A stretch of DNA of 64,000 nucleotides from Flavobacteriales bacterium (GTDB taxonomy: Bacteria > Bacteroidota > Bacteroidia > Flavobacteriales_F > PHOS-HE28), in NCBI GenBank assembly GCA_024103275.1, contig JAGFIV010000066.1:10531-74530 (forward strand), in the 5' to 3' direction. Position numbers and translations under genes: made by a program. The stretch's first letter is position 1. The number at the start of each line of letters is the position of its first letter. Under the pieces are notes generated by a model. It saw nothing but the letters and a program-made list of their open reading frames with translations. It ran no database searches and had not been told where the DNA came from. This document shows, piece by piece, positions 35,348-45,717 of the stretch.

Positions 35348-35944
35348 ATGGGGAAGCGCGCCTTTGACATCGGGTTCGCCATCGTGTTCCTGGTCCTGCT
35401 GTCCCCGCTGTTGGTGCTGTTTCCCGTGGCCGTGGCGCTCACTTCGCCGGGGGGTGCGTTCTTCCGGCAAGTACGGGTAGGCAGGCACGGGCGCGAATTC
35501 CGTTTGTTGAAGTTCCGCACCATGCGGCCGGGCAGCGAGGCCCAGGGGCAGCTCACCATCGGCGGGCGCGACCCGCGGATCACCGGCGTGGGCTATTTCC
35601 TGCGGAAGACGAAGCTGGACGAGCTGCCCCAACTCTGGAACGTGCTGGTGGGCGAGATGAGCGTGGTGGGGCCGCGCCCGGAGGTGCCGAAGTACGTGGC
35701 CCTGTACAATGCCGAGCAACGGGCGGTGCTCTCGGTGCGACCGGGCATCACCGGCATGGCCAGCATCGACTACATCGACGAGAATGAACTGCTGGCCCGG
35801 TCCGCCGACCCGGAAAGGGCCTACATCGAGGAGGTGATGCCCGCCAAGCTGGCGCTGGACCTGCGCTACGTGCGCGAGCAAAGTTTCGCGCTGGACCTGA
35901 AGATCATCCTAGCCACGGTGGGCCGGGTGTTTGGTGGGTGGTGA
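35348..35944 (+). CDS. bacterial sugar transferase (PglC/WbaP C-terminal type phosphoglycosyl transferase)
   Basis: The region KRAFDIGFAIVFLVLLSPLLVL...RVGRHGREFRLLKFRTM...LDELPQLWNVLVGEMSVVGPRPE is the hallmark sequence of monotopic phosphoglycosyl transferases. Confidence 0.85.
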   Translation: MGKRAFDIGFAIVFLVLLSPLLVLFPVAVALTSPGGAFFRQVRVGRHGREFRLLKFRTMRPGSEAQGQLTIGGRDPRITGVGYFLRKTKLDELPQLWNVLVGEMSVVGPRPEVPKYVALYNAEQRAVLSVRPGITGMASIDYIDENELLARSADPERAYIEEVMPAKLALDLRYVREQSFALDLKIILATVGRVFGGW

Positions 35945-35954
35945 GAAAGGCGGC

Positions 35955-36818
35955 TCACAACGCCCGCAGCAGCTTCCTCATGTCCTCGGCCCGCTCGCTG
36001 TCCCGCAGCTTGTCGTAGCTGTTCAGCAGGTTGTTGAGCAGGCGGCGGATGATGTCGATGTTGGTGCAGGGCTGGTAGAAGCTCTCGTCCGCGGGCAGGT
36101 CCAGCTTCCCCAGGAACTCGTCGATCTCGGCCTTGCCCAGGATATCGCCTTGGCTGAAGGCATTCACATAGAACAGCACCCCCGCATGGCCGAATTCGCT
36201 CGCGGCCACGCCGGTCTCGTCCAGATATGCCAGCACGAAGTGGTTGGGCAGGTTCACCCCGCGCAGGGGCAGTTCCAGCTCCTCCGCTACCAGTTGGTAG
36301 ATGATGGCCAGGGAGAGCGGATTGCCCCGGTGGCCCTCCAGCACCTCGTTGATGTAACTGTTCTGGGGGGCGTGGTAGTTGCGCTTGTTGCCCTTGAAGC
36401 CGTGTACCTGGTAAAAGATGTGGTTGAATACCCGCACCTTTTCAAAGGCGGTGAGGTTATCGTTGATCTCCAGCCAAATGTCCTGCCGAAGCGTGGCCAG
36501 CCGGGCCTTCACTTGGCGCTCGTCGAGTTCCGCGTAGCGGTACCGGCATACGGCCAGGGCCCCTTCCAACAGGTCGTCACCACCGGACTTGCGCCAAGCG
36601 CTCAGCCGGTCGTAGGTGATGTTCAAATGGATCTCGTGGAGCAGGTCTTCCACCCGGTGCCTGAACAGGTCGCCCTGGCCTTCCATCTCCCAGGCATGTT
36701 CCAGCTCGGGCATCACGGGCCCGCCCAAGGAAAGGAGGCGGTCACGCACTTGCTGGTACACTTGTTCGTCAGGGTCGTCGATCAGTGTGATCAGGGCCTT
36801 GATCTCGGTTTCACTCAT
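35955..36818 (-). CDS. transglutaminase-like / SirB1 N-terminal-domain (UPF0162) protein
   Basis: Start taken at MSETEIKALITLIDDPDEQV. The body (GNKRNYHAPQNSYINEVLEGHRGNPLSLAIIYQLVAEELELPLRGVNLPNHFVLAY) matches the transglutaminase-like superfamily domain of SirB1/YchA proteins. Confidence 0.55.
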   Translation of the reverse strand: MSETEIKALITLIDDPDEQVYQQVRDRLLSLGGPVMPELEHAWEMEGQGDLFRHRVEDLLHEIHLNITYDRLSAWRKSGGDDLLEGALAVCRYRYAELDERQVKARLATLRQDIWLEINDNLTAFEKVRVFNHIFYQVHGFKGNKRNYHAPQNSYINEVLEGHRGNPLSLAIIYQLVAEELELPLRGVNLPNHFVLAYLDETGVAASEFGHAGVLFYVNAFSQGDILGKAEIDEFLGKLDLPADESFYQPCTNIDIIRRLLNNLLNSYDKLRDSERAEDMRKLLRAL

Positions 36819-37015
36819 GGCGGCTGCGGCTTTCCCAACGTCGGGCACGGACGAAAGTATCCGGCCGCCTTGCCCCGCCGGTTGTGCCCGGGCGGCTTGT
36901 TTCAACCGCCCCGGGTTGAATTCAATGGGCCAACAAGACCTTGTGGAAAGACGGCGCGCGAAGCCCTCCCCATCCATGCCGGAACCGTCGTAACGCACCC
37001 GCGTGCCCGCCCGGT

Positions 37016-37915
37016 TCAGCCCACCAGCCGCTCCAGCACTTGGGCGATCATCCGCCCGATCGCGGCATCGTGGTCCTTGCTGTATTCCTTGCGAAGGCGG
37101 TTGGCCACCACGGTGCATACCGTGCAGGCCTTGTGGCCCAGCAACTCGCTGAGCCCGAAGAGGGCGCTGGTCTCCATCTCGAAGTTCAGCAGCCGCAGGT
37201 CCTCGTGGCGGAACGCGGTGAAGCGCTCGTTCAGCCCGTCCACGCTGGGCACCGCCCGCAGCTGCCGCCCTTGCGGTCCGTAGAAGCCGCCTGCCGTGGC
37301 CGTCATGCCCACATGGTTGTCCCGGCCCAGCGTCGCCACCAGCTGCGGGTCGGCCGTGGCCAGGTAGGGCAGGGGCAGGTTGTCCGGCCATTCGGTCTGC
37401 AGCAGGAAGGCTTGCAGGATCCGCAGCTCGGCATCGGTCTGCTCATGGGCGTAGTAGTGCATCACATTGTCCAGGCCCAGGCCGTACCGGCTCACCACTA
37501 GCTCGTCCACGGGCACGTCCTCTTGCAGCGCCCCGCAGGTCCCCATGCGCACGATGGTGAGCGACTTGTGCTCCTTGCGAGGCGTGCGGCGTTCCAGGTC
37601 GATGTTCACCAGCGCGTCCAACTCCCCCAGCACGATGTCGATGTTGTCCGTGCCGATGCCCGTGGCCAAGGCCGTGATGCGGCTCTTGTGCAGCGTGCCC
37701 GTATGGGAGATGAACTCGCGGTTCTGCACCCGGTGTTCCACGTTGTCGAAGTGCTCGCTGATCCGTTGCACCCGGCCCGGATCACCGACCACCAGCACCA
37801 GGTCGCCCAGTTGCTCCGGCCGCAAGGCCAGGTGATACACCGACCCGTCGGGGTTCAGGATCAGTTCGCTGGGTGCCAATTCCGTTCCGGGCTCTGTCAA
37901 CGATATGGGATGCAT
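37016..37915 (-). CDS. nucleoside phosphorylase, PNP/UDP family (uridine-phosphorylase-like)
   Basis: Start taken at MHPISLTEP. The sequence is similar to uridine phosphorylase (VVGDPGRVQRISEHF..., REF.SHTG, IVRMGTCGALQ, LNFEMETSALF). Confidence 0.7.
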   Translation of the reverse strand: MHPISLTEPGTELAPSELILNPDGSVYHLALRPEQLGDLVLVVGDPGRVQRISEHFDNVEHRVQNREFISHTGTLHKSRITALATGIGTDNIDIVLGELDALVNIDLERRTPRKEHKSLTIVRMGTCGALQEDVPVDELVVSRYGLGLDNVMHYYAHEQTDAELRILQAFLLQTEWPDNLPLPYLATADPQLVATLGRDNHVGMTATAGGFYGPQGRQLRAVPSVDGLNERFTAFRHEDLRLLNFEMETSALFGLSELLGHKACTVCTVVANRLRKEYSKDHDAAIGRMIAQVLERLVG

Positions 37916-38015
37916 GCTACAGGTTTGATGGGCGTGATGCAAATGTGCGAATGATTGCACGACTGGCCATCCTAGGCATTATATTGCAGTACCCAATCCC
38001 AAAACCAGGTTTGAC

Positions 38016-39755
38016 ATGCAAAGAGCTTTACTCCTTTTACCCCTGATGGCCTCCGCATTCCCATGCACGAGGGCCCAAGAGGTACTCTTCAGCGAGGATT
38101 TCGAAGGGGCGCAACCATCCTTTATGTTGAACACAGCTGACGTCAGCTCCGTCACCTCGGGTTCCAATGCGTGGTTGATCAACAATGCCTATACGGGTGG
38201 CCAGGGGACCATCGAGTGCATGGGATTCCCGTTGCCGTTCAGCGTTCCCAATACGCCTGCACAACCTGCCGGCATCAATACGCCCAATGGCAAGTACATG
38301 CACATCGCCAGCATGGGCGGCGTGGCCAGCGGGGTGCTCAATTGCCATTTCGCCGCGGCGGACGGTTTCTGCACCCCGGCGGAGAACTTCTTCGCCCGCA
38401 TGACCACCGATGTGAACACCATGGGTGCATCGGAGGTGACGCTCAAGTTCTGGTGGTTGTGCGCCGGAAGCAACAACAATTACGGAGAGGTGTACTACAG
38501 CACCAACGGAGGGTCTTCCTGGACCTTGATCGACCAGCCCATATCCCAATACCGGAACCAAGGAACGTGGACCCAGCAATCGATCAGCTTGCCCCAGTTC
38601 AATGGCCAGAACACCCTGCGCTTCGGCTTCCGTTTCGTGAACGGAAGCTCCATAAGCGCGAGCGACCCGGGCTTTGCGGTGGATGACGTGCTGGTGACCA
38701 AGGCCGGGCAGGAGCCGAACGTCATCCTCACCGGCTCGATACAGCCCACCAGCCACTGCCCGGGAAGTACGGTGCCCATTCCCTACACGGTGACCGGCTC
38801 GTGGGGCGCGGGCAACGTGTTCACCGCGCAATTGTCCGATGCGACGGGCAACTTTGACCAGCCCGTGGACATCGGGAGCATCGCCTCCCAATACTCGGGC
38901 TCCATCACGGCGACCATTCCGCCGGCCACGCCGTTGGGCACCGGCTACCTGGTCAGGGTGATCGGAAGCGACCCCTCAACCATGGGGACCGTTTCGGTCA
39001 CCGCGTTGACCATCGTGTCGGCCCCGTATGCCGGCGAAAGCACGCACATCACGCTGTGCCGCGACATGGAGCCGCAGGTCCTGTTGGATTATTTGCCGGG
39101 CGCCGATGCCTGTGGCGATTGGAGCCTGGCCGGATCGGTGGTGCCGGGGATCATCGACCCGGCCACGGCCAGCCCCGGGGCTTATCTGTATACCACGAAC
39201 TGTGCAGGCAACTGCCCGCAGGACCAGGCCGTGCTCACGGTGAGCTTCGTGTCTGCCCCGGATGCCGGCCTGGATGCCCAAACCTCCGTTTGTGCCAATG
39301 GCCCGGCGGTGGACTTGTTCGCCCTGCTGGGCGGAACGCCGGATGCCGGGGGAAGCTGGTTCATGGAGGGTGCCCCGGCCGGTGCCGTTTTCAATCCCAC
39401 GGGCCCTGCGGACATCTGCTTCATGTACCTCGTGGCGGGCATCCCGCCGTGCGCCACTGACACGGCCCTGGTCTGCGTACAGGTTGAGGACTGCACCGGC
39501 GTGCCGGAGGAAGCCGCCGACGGAGGCCTGCGTTGGCTGGGCCAATCGGGCATGCAGCATGTCCTGCTCGCGGGCCGGATCCAGCCGGATGCCGTGGAGG
39601 TGATGGATGCCACGGGCCGAAGGGTCGGGGCCGACCTGCATCGACAAGGGGACAAGCTGCTCCTATCAATGGGGGGCGTGCCGGCCGGGATGTATTTCGT
39701 GCGTGCCCTAAGGCAGGGCCGAACGGCGGTGGTGCGCCTGGTACACCAGCGTTAA
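38016..39755 (+). CDS. T9SS type A sorting domain-containing secreted protein
   Basis: Signal peptide (MQRALLLLPLMASAFPCTRAQ). The C-terminal ~70 aa (DKLLLSMGGVPAGMYFVRALRQGRTAVVRLVHQR) match the Por secretion-system C-terminal sorting domain. Confidence 0.6.
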   Translation: MQRALLLLPLMASAFPCTRAQEVLFSEDFEGAQPSFMLNTADVSSVTSGSNAWLINNAYTGGQGTIECMGFPLPFSVPNTPAQPAGINTPNGKYMHIASMGGVASGVLNCHFAAADGFCTPAENFFARMTTDVNTMGASEVTLKFWWLCAGSNNNYGEVYYSTNGGSSWTLIDQPISQYRNQGTWTQQSISLPQFNGQNTLRFGFRFVNGSSISASDPGFAVDDVLVTKAGQEPNVILTGSIQPTSHCPGSTVPIPYTVTGSWGAGNVFTAQLSDATGNFDQPVDIGSIASQYSGSITATIPPATPLGTGYLVRVIGSDPSTMGTVSVTALTIVSAPYAGESTHITLCRDMEPQVLLDYLPGADACGDWSLAGSVVPGIIDPATASPGAYLYTTNCAGNCPQDQAVLTVSFVSAPDAGLDAQTSVCANGPAVDLFALLGGTPDAGGSWFMEGAPAGAVFNPTGPADICFMYLVAGIPPCATDTALVCVQVEDCTGVPEEAADGGLRWLGQSGMQHVLLAGRIQPDAVEVMDATGRRVGADLHRQGDKLLLSMGGVPAGMYFVRALRQGRTAVVRLVHQR

Positions 39756-39800
39756 GCAGGCGTGCGGAACAGGGAAGGGCGGTCGGCTGGCCGCCCTTCC

Positions 39801-40553
39801 TCATTGGGCCCCGAACACCCGCTTCAGCAGGTCGGTGGTGCGGGCCAATGGGTCCTTACGGATCTTCTGTTCCTCATTCGCCACCAACACGAACAGGCCA
39901 TCGATGGCCTTCTGCGTCACATAGGCGTCCAGGTCGGGGTCCACGGCCTTGCCACCGGTGAGCAGCGTGGCCGTGTTGTACGCGCTGGCCAAGGGGGTCC
40001 AGTAACCGGTAAGGGCCACCTGTTGCGTGGCTTTTTCCACGATGGGCCGGAACTTGCCCGTCAGTTCCGCGGTCGTCTTTTCCTTCAGGAAGTCCGTGGC
40101 CGCATGGTCGCCGCCCCGGAGGATGGCGAAGCCGTCGGCGACCGTCATTCCCTTGATCGCGTTGGTGAATACGGGCAGGGCTTCCTTGGCCGCCTGCTCC
40201 GCTGCCCGGTTCATCGTCAGCTCGAATTTCTCCACCTGGGCCGACATGCCGATGTCATTCAGGGTGTTCTTCACCTTCTCCGCCTCCGGCGGGAAGGGGA
40301 TCCTCAGCCGGGCATCCTTCCAGAACCCGTCGGCCAACGAGGCCACGTCCACCGAGTGGCCGGCCCCTTTGACCAAGGCCTCCTTCAGCCCGGCGATCAC
40401 ATCTTCGTTCGTCAGGGCCGGTGTGCCGCCGTTTTCCATGTGATCGGCCACATCCTTCATGGCCTGGGTGATCTGGGTGCTGCTGCAGCCGGAGGCCAGC
40501 ATGGCCAACAGGCCAAGCCCGGCCAAGTTGTTGAGGGTTCTTCCAAGGGTCAT
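39801..40553 (-). CDS. DUF4197-like lipoprotein
   Basis: Start taken at MTLGRTLNNLAGLGLLAMLASGCSS (lipobox). The helical body is rich in Ala and Lys. The family assignment is tentative. Confidence 0.45.
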   Translation of the reverse strand: MTLGRTLNNLAGLGLLAMLASGCSSTQITQAMKDVADHMENGGTPALTNEDVIAGLKEALVKGAGHSVDVASLADGFWKDARLRIPFPPEAEKVKNTLNDIGMSAQVEKFELTMNRAAEQAAKEALPVFTNAIKGMTVADGFAILRGGDHAATDFLKEKTTAELTGKFRPIVEKATQQVALTGYWTPLASAYNTATLLTGGKAVDPDLDAYVTQKAIDGLFVLVANEEQKIRKDPLARTTDLLKRVFGAQ

Positions 40554-40966
40554 TGTCCGTCGTTCATCAGTTGTTGCAATGCGGGGCGCCAGGTTGCCGG
40601 AATGGCGATGGTTTGCTGTGTGGCGTAGTTGAAGCACACCATCACGCTCATGCCTTGCGCATGGATCAGCCGTTCGCCTTCGCGCATCGAGAAGATCGTG
40701 TACCCCAGGTTGAAGCTTTTGGTCCCCACCTTCAGGCATCGTGTCTCCACCGTGATCTGGTTGGCCAGGTGGACCGGCACGCGGTAGTCGATCTCGTTGC
40801 GGGCAAGGATCAGGCCGATCTTCACCCAGTCGTGATCGGGCTCCACCACCTTTCTCAGCAGGTCCATGCGCCCCAGTTCGAAGTAGTGCAGGTACGCTGC
40901 ATTGTGGACATGGCGGCCCAGGTCCACGTCGCTGAACCGGATCTGGATGGGGGTGAGGATGCTCAT
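40550..40966 (-). CDS. acyl-CoA thioesterase, YbgC/FadM (4HBT hotdog) family
   Basis: The region MSILTPIQIRFSDVDLGRHVHNAAYLHYFELGRMDLL carries the Asp active-site motif typical of 4HBT-type thioesterases. It overlaps the downstream gene by 4 nt. Confidence 0.7.
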   Translation of the reverse strand: MSILTPIQIRFSDVDLGRHVHNAAYLHYFELGRMDLLRKVVEPDHDWVKIGLILARNEIDYRVPVHLANQITVETRCLKVGTKSFNLGYTIFSMREGERLIHAQGMSVMVCFNYATQQTIAIPATWRPALQQLMNDGQ

Positions 40967-41039
40967 GGGATCAATGGGGGAGTAGGCGCTCCCGCTGCTC
41001 GCGGACTGCTTAACGGGGAGCCTCGAACTTCCGGCGGGC

Positions 41040-41444
41040 TCAGGCGATGGGGTTCAGGATCACGGAAAACACCGTGATGCTGTTGGGGTCGCGGTCATAG
41101 AACAGCTTGTCCAGGGCGTCCAGGATGTTCTTGGCGCGGAAATAGGAGGTGTTGAGCTCGTGCTCGCCCCGGGCGCTCCACTGGATGGTGTAGCTGCTGG
41201 TGCGGTCCTTGTAGGTGCCCACGTAGTCCCGCATGGCCTGCAAGGCCTCCAGCTTGTCACGCCCGCTGGTGGAGTGGAAGAGGAAGCTCTGGTTGTGCCG
41301 CGGGTTCAGGGTGATCAGGTACAGCTTGACGCTCTTGCCGGGTTCTTCCACGTAATTGAACATCAGACTGTCCACGCCGATGCCGATGTGGTCGCCGATC
41401 TCCTTCTGCAACTTGACGATTTCCTGGTTCTTGTCGGGGCTCAT
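41040..41444 (-). CDS. hypothetical protein (134 aa)
   Basis: Track ORF with non-shadow composition (MSPDKNQEIVKLQKEIGDHIGIGV...). I recognise no family. Confidence 0.45.
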   Translation of the reverse strand: MSPDKNQEIVKLQKEIGDHIGIGVDSLMFNYVEEPGKSVKLYLITLNPRHNQSFLFHSTSGRDKLEALQAMRDYVGTYKDRTSSYTIQWSARGEHELNTSYFRAKNILDALDKLFYDRDPNSITVFSVILNPIA

Positions 41445-41477
41445 AATGGAATCTGGGTCTGGGCCGATGGTTCCGCG

Positions 41478-43373
41478 TCACCGCGCGCGCTCCGTGGCCT
41501 GCGGGGTCGGGGCGTCGAATTTACCGAAGATGGAATTGTTGCTCCGGTACTCGGGGATCAATGCCTTCAGCAGCCGCACGCAGGCTTCCCCGTCCCCGGT
41601 TCGTGCCGCGGCAAGGATCCCCTTCACGGCCTGCATGCTGGCGGCCGGGTCCACGGCGGTGGTGTGCCCGATGAGGATTCGCGGATGATGCGTGGGGACC
41701 GTGCCTTCCTGCGCGGCCAACAGCTCCTCGTACAATTTCTCGCCGGGGCGCAGGCCCGTGTACGTGATCTCGATGTCCTTGCCCGGCTCCAGCCCGCTAA
41801 GGCGGATCATCCGGTCGGCCAGGTCGGCAATGCGTACCGGCTTGCCCATGTCGAACAGGTAGATCTCGCCACCCTTGCCCATGGTGGCCGCCTCCAGCAC
41901 CAGGCGGCAGGCCTCGGGGATGGTCATGAAGAAACGGGTCACCTCGGGGTCGGTCACCGTGACCGGCCCGCCCTCGGCGATCTGCCGCCGGAACAAGGGG
42001 ATCACCGATCCGTTGCTGCCCAGTACGTTCCCGAACCGGGTGACCACCACGGACATCCCGGGACGGGCCAGGGGTAAGGCCTGGACATAGATCTCCGCGC
42101 ACCGCTTGGAAGCCCCCATGACACTGGTGGGGTTCACGGCCTTGTCCGTGCTGATCAGGATGAATTCCTTCACCGCGTGCTCCCGGCACAGCTCCGCCAG
42201 GTTCACCGTGCCGCCAACGTTGGTCAGCACCGCCTGCACCGGCTGGGCCTCCATCAAAGGGACATGCTTATAGGCCGCGGCGTGCAGCACCACCTCCGGC
42301 TTTTCCCGGGCCAGCAGGCGGTCCATGGCCTCCCGGTCGCGCACGTCGCCCACCACGGGCCGGATGCGCCCGTGCCCATGCCGCCGCAGTTCCATCTCCA
42401 CTTCATACAGTGCGCTCTCCGCCAGGTCCAGCATCACCAGGCGCTCCACGCCGAACACCGCCAACTGGCGGCACAGCTCGGCCCCGATGCTGCCCGCGGC
42501 ACCGGTCACCATCACCACGCGGCCGCGGAAACGTTCCTGCACCAGCTTTTCCTCCAGGTGGATCGGTGCGCGGCCCAGCAGGTCTTCGATGCGTACCTCG
42601 CGGATCTGGCCGCTGCTGAGCTGCCCGTTGATCCAGTCCCGCACCGGTGGCACCGTGCGCACGGCCACTTTCGCGTGCATCGCCGTATCCACCACGCGCC
42701 GACGGTTTTCCGGGTCGGGGTGCTGGATGGCAATGATCACCTGGTCCACCTCCTCCTTGGCGATGATCCACGCCAGGTCCCCGGTGCCGTGTACCAGCAC
42801 CCCTTCCAGGCGTTTGCCCACCTTGCCCGGGTCGTCATCCACAAAGGCGGCGACCGCATAGCGCGCCGACCCTTCCCGCTCCAACGTGCGTTTGGTGATG
42901 AGGCCCGCCTCACCGGCACCGAACAGCACCACCCGGAGGCTGTCCTTGCCTTGGCCGCGACGCCGCAAATGAAGCAGCTTGAAGGCGATCCGCGAGGCGA
43001 TCAGCAGCACCGCGCTGCCCAGGAAATCGATGATGATCACCGAGGTGGGCAGCACGAACTGGCCGTCCACCACGAAATAGCGGAGCGCGTTCATCGCCAG
43101 CAGGGTGAGGCTGCCGCCGAGCACCACCAGGAACACGCGCTTGGCATCCTCCGTGCCCGTGTGGCGCACCATGCCGCGCTGGATACCGAAGGCGAGGTAC
43201 CAGCCCAGGCGGACGGCGATGAACAACGGCAGCACCGGCCACAGCAGTTCATACTCCACCGGTGGCACCGAAAAGTTGAAGCGCAATTGGTAGGCCGCCA
43301 ACAGCGATACCAGGCACATGGCCAGGTCGATCAGCACGATCGTCCAGCGCGGAAGCAGCAGCGGCCTGGCCAT
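41478..43373 (-). CDS. membrane-anchored UDP-sugar 4,6-dehydratase (PglF/CapD/WbpM family)
   Basis: Four N-terminal TM helices, then Rossmann motifs (VLFGAGEAGL, VMVTGAAGSIGAELCRQL) and the catalytic SxnYxxxK region (STDKAVNPTSVMGASKRCAE). Confidence 0.85.
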   Translation of the reverse strand: MARPLLLPRWTIVLIDLAMCLVSLLAAYQLRFNFSVPPVEYELLWPVLPLFIAVRLGWYLAFGIQRGMVRHTGTEDAKRVFLVVLGGSLTLLAMNALRYFVVDGQFVLPTSVIIIDFLGSAVLLIASRIAFKLLHLRRRGQGKDSLRVVLFGAGEAGLITKRTLEREGSARYAVAAFVDDDPGKVGKRLEGVLVHGTGDLAWIIAKEEVDQVIIAIQHPDPENRRRVVDTAMHAKVAVRTVPPVRDWINGQLSSGQIREVRIEDLLGRAPIHLEEKLVQERFRGRVVMVTGAAGSIGAELCRQLAVFGVERLVMLDLAESALYEVEMELRRHGHGRIRPVVGDVRDREAMDRLLAREKPEVVLHAAAYKHVPLMEAQPVQAVLTNVGGTVNLAELCREHAVKEFILISTDKAVNPTSVMGASKRCAEIYVQALPLARPGMSVVVTRFGNVLGSNGSVIPLFRRQIAEGGPVTVTDPEVTRFFMTIPEACRLVLEAATMGKGGEIYLFDMGKPVRIADLADRMIRLSGLEPGKDIEITYTGLRPGEKLYEELLAAQEGTVPTHHPRILIGHTTAVDPAASMQAVKGILAAARTGDGEACVRLLKALIPEYRSNNSIFGKFDAPTPQATERAR

Positions 43374-43453
43374 GGCGCGAAGGTAGCGGTGGAACCTGCG
43401 GGTGTTTGAGGCTCATCCGCTTTCATGCATATTTGCCGTTGCCGTTGCCCGTT

Positions 43454-44551
43454 ATGCCCCGCGTCTTCTTTATCGCCCCGCACCGCCCCGGACGATCTCC
43501 CAGCCAACGTTTCCGCTTTGAGCAATTCGTGCCCTACTGGGAGGCCCGGGGGTATGCATTCACCTATGGTTGGTCCATAGACGAACGGGACGACCGGGTC
43601 CTGTACAGGCAAGGAGCCCTTGCGGCCAAAGCCAAGGTGTACGTGAACAGCTGGCGCAGAAGGTCGCGCCTGATGGACAAGCTGCCCGGCCATGACCTGA
43701 TCATCCTTCAACGGGAAACCTTCATGATGCCGGACATCCATTTTGAGCGGAAGCTGGCCGCCAGCGGGATCCCGGTCATTTACGATTTCGACGACGCGTT
43801 GTGGATCAAGCACGTGAGCAAAGGCAACAGGATGCTGGCCTGGCTGAAGAACCCCGGCAAGATCGACCGCCTGCTGCCGTTGGCCGACATGGTCATTGCG
43901 GGAAACGAGTTCCTGGCGGACCACGCGCGGCGCTACAACCCTGCCGTGGTGACCATTCCCACGGTGGTGGATACGAGCATTTACCGCCCCATCGCACCGG
44001 AGAAGCCTGCAAACGACCCGCTGGTGATCGGATGGACCGGCAGCAGCACCACCATCCAATACCTGGAGCTGGCGATCCCCGCGCTGCGGGAGTTGAAGCG
44101 GAAGGTGCCCGTTCCGTTCCGGCTGAGGATCATCAGCGATGTGCCGTTGAAGGTCGAGGGCTTGGATGTGGAATACCGGAAGTGGAACAAATCCTCCGAG
44201 GTGGCCGATCTGCAGGACATCGATATCGGCATCATGCCCATGGAGCGCGACGACTGGAACAAGGGGAAATGCGCCTTCAAGGGGATCCAGTACATGGCCG
44301 TGGGGAGGCCCACGGTCATGGAGAACTTCGGGGCAGGCCCTTCGGTCATCCGCCATGGCGTGGACGGTTTGTTGGCCTCGTCCAAAGAGGAATGGGTTGC
44401 GCACCTCGCCCAATTGCTTGCCGATGCCGACCTTCGCCGCCGGCTTGGCCGTGCCGCAAGGACCACCATTGAGGAGCGGTTTTCCGTGCAGGCATGGCAG
44501 GACCGGTACGTACAGATCTTCCAGGAACTCATAGGGAAAAAACACAAATGA
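43454..44551 (+). CDS. GT4-like glycosyltransferase
   Basis: Start taken at [13 protein letters not shown]. The C-terminal GT-B half ([16 protein letters not shown]...[30 protein letters not shown]) matches. Its stop overlaps the gcvT start by 4 nt. Confidence 0.65.
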   Translation: MPRVFFIAPHRPGRSPSQRFRFEQFVPYWEARGYAFTYGWSIDERDDRVLYRQGALAAKAKVYVNSWRRRSRLMDKLPGHDLIILQRETFMMPDIHFERKLAASGIPVIYDFDDALWIKHVSKGNRMLAWLKNPGKIDRLLPLADMVIAGNEFLADHARRYNPAVVTIPTVVDTSIYRPIAPEKPANDPLVIGWTGSSTTIQYLELAIPALRELKRKVPVPFRLRIISDVPLKVEGLDVEYRKWNKSSEVADLQDIDIGIMPMERDDWNKGKCAFKGIQYMAVGRPTVMENFGAGPSVIRHGVDGLLASSKEEWVAHLAQLLADADLRRRLGRAARTTIEERFSVQAWQDRYVQIFQELIGKKHK

Positions 44552-45651
44552 CCGAACCCAAGCGCATCACGCTCACACCCGTCCATGAAGCCCTCGGCGC
44601 CAAGATGGTGCCCTTCGCAGGCTTCCTCATGCCGGTGCAATACACCGGCGTCAACGATGAACACCTCACCGTGCGCAAGGCCGTCGGCGTGTTCGATGTG
44701 AGCCACATGGGCGAATTCCTGGTGCGCGGGCCGCAGGCGCTGGACCTTGTCCAGAAAGTTTGCAGCAACGATGCCTCAAAGCTCGGGCCCTGCAAAGTGC
44801 AGTACACCTGCCTGCCGAATGAGACCGGTGGGATCGTGGACGACCTGCTGGTGTACAACCTGATGGAGGGCGATGATCCGCACTACCTCCTGGTGGTCAA
44901 TGCCGGCAACATCCAAAAGGACTGGGACTGGATCAACAGGCACAACAGCTTCGATGCCCGCCTGGAGAACATCAGCGACAAGATGGGGCTGCTCGCCGTG
45001 CAGGGCCCCAAGGCCGTGGATACGATGAAGGGCTTCTTCAGCGAGGACATCGCGGCCATGCCATACTACACCGCGAAATATGCGGAGATGAAGGGCGTGG
45101 GACTGGTGCTCCTTTCCGTCACGGGATACACCGGCGCGGGCGGCTTTGAGATCTATGTGCCCAACGAATTGCTGCACAAGGCGTGGGAGGCCGTGCTCGA
45201 GGCGGGCAAGCCTTTCGGCATCAAGCCTTGCGGACTGGCCGCCCGCGATACGCTCCGTCTGGAAATGGGCTTCTGCCTATACGGCAACGACATCGACGAT
45301 ACCACCTCCCCGCTGGAGGCCGGCCTGGGTTGGATCACCAAATTCACCAAGGAGTTCACCAACTCGGCAGCCCTGAAGGCCCAGAAGGAGGCGGGCCTGA
45401 AGCGCAAGCTGGTCGGCTTCGAGCTGGTCGACAGGGGCATCCCGCGCCACGGGTATCCCGTGGTGGATGATGTCGGCAACGCCATCGGCCAGGTTACCAG
45501 CGGGACCATGAGCCCCAGCCTGCAGAAGCCCATCGGGCTGGCCTATGTGCCCACGGAGAAGGCAGCGCCGGGCACCGGGATCTTCGTGGACGTCCGCGGA
45601 AAGAAGCTCCGGGCGGTGGTGGTAAAGGTCCCGTTCCTGCAACCCGGATAG
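44548..45651 (+). CDS. gcvT: glycine cleavage system aminomethyltransferase T protein
   Basis: [34 protein letters not shown]...[10 protein letters not shown]...LLAVQGPKA is a highly conserved GcvT sequence, here 367 aa. Confidence 0.9.
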   Translation: MTEPKRITLTPVHEALGAKMVPFAGFLMPVQYTGVNDEHLTVRKAVGVFDVSHMGEFLVRGPQALDLVQKVCSNDASKLGPCKVQYTCLPNETGGIVDDLLVYNLMEGDDPHYLLVVNAGNIQKDWDWINRHNSFDARLENISDKMGLLAVQGPKAVDTMKGFFSEDIAAMPYYTAKYAEMKGVGLVLLSVTGYTGAGGFEIYVPNELLHKAWEAVLEAGKPFGIKPCGLAARDTLRLEMGFCLYGNDIDDTTSPLEAGLGWITKFTKEFTNSAALKAQKEAGLKRKLVGFELVDRGIPRHGYPVVDDVGNAIGQVTSGTMSPSLQKPIGLAYVPTEKAAPGTGIFVDVRGKKLRAVVVKVPFLQPG

Positions 45652-45717
45652 GGGGGACATGCTTCCCGCGGCCTATCTTGGTGCGGCATAAATTCCCGCA
45701 GACACCTTCAGAGGCCC

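Noticed and set aside
34130-35881. 583-aa minus-strand ORF antisense to the DegT aminotransferase and PglC genes
   Set aside because: The opposite-strand genes are among the most confidently identified in the window, and this ORF is an Arg/His/Gly-rich shadow frame.
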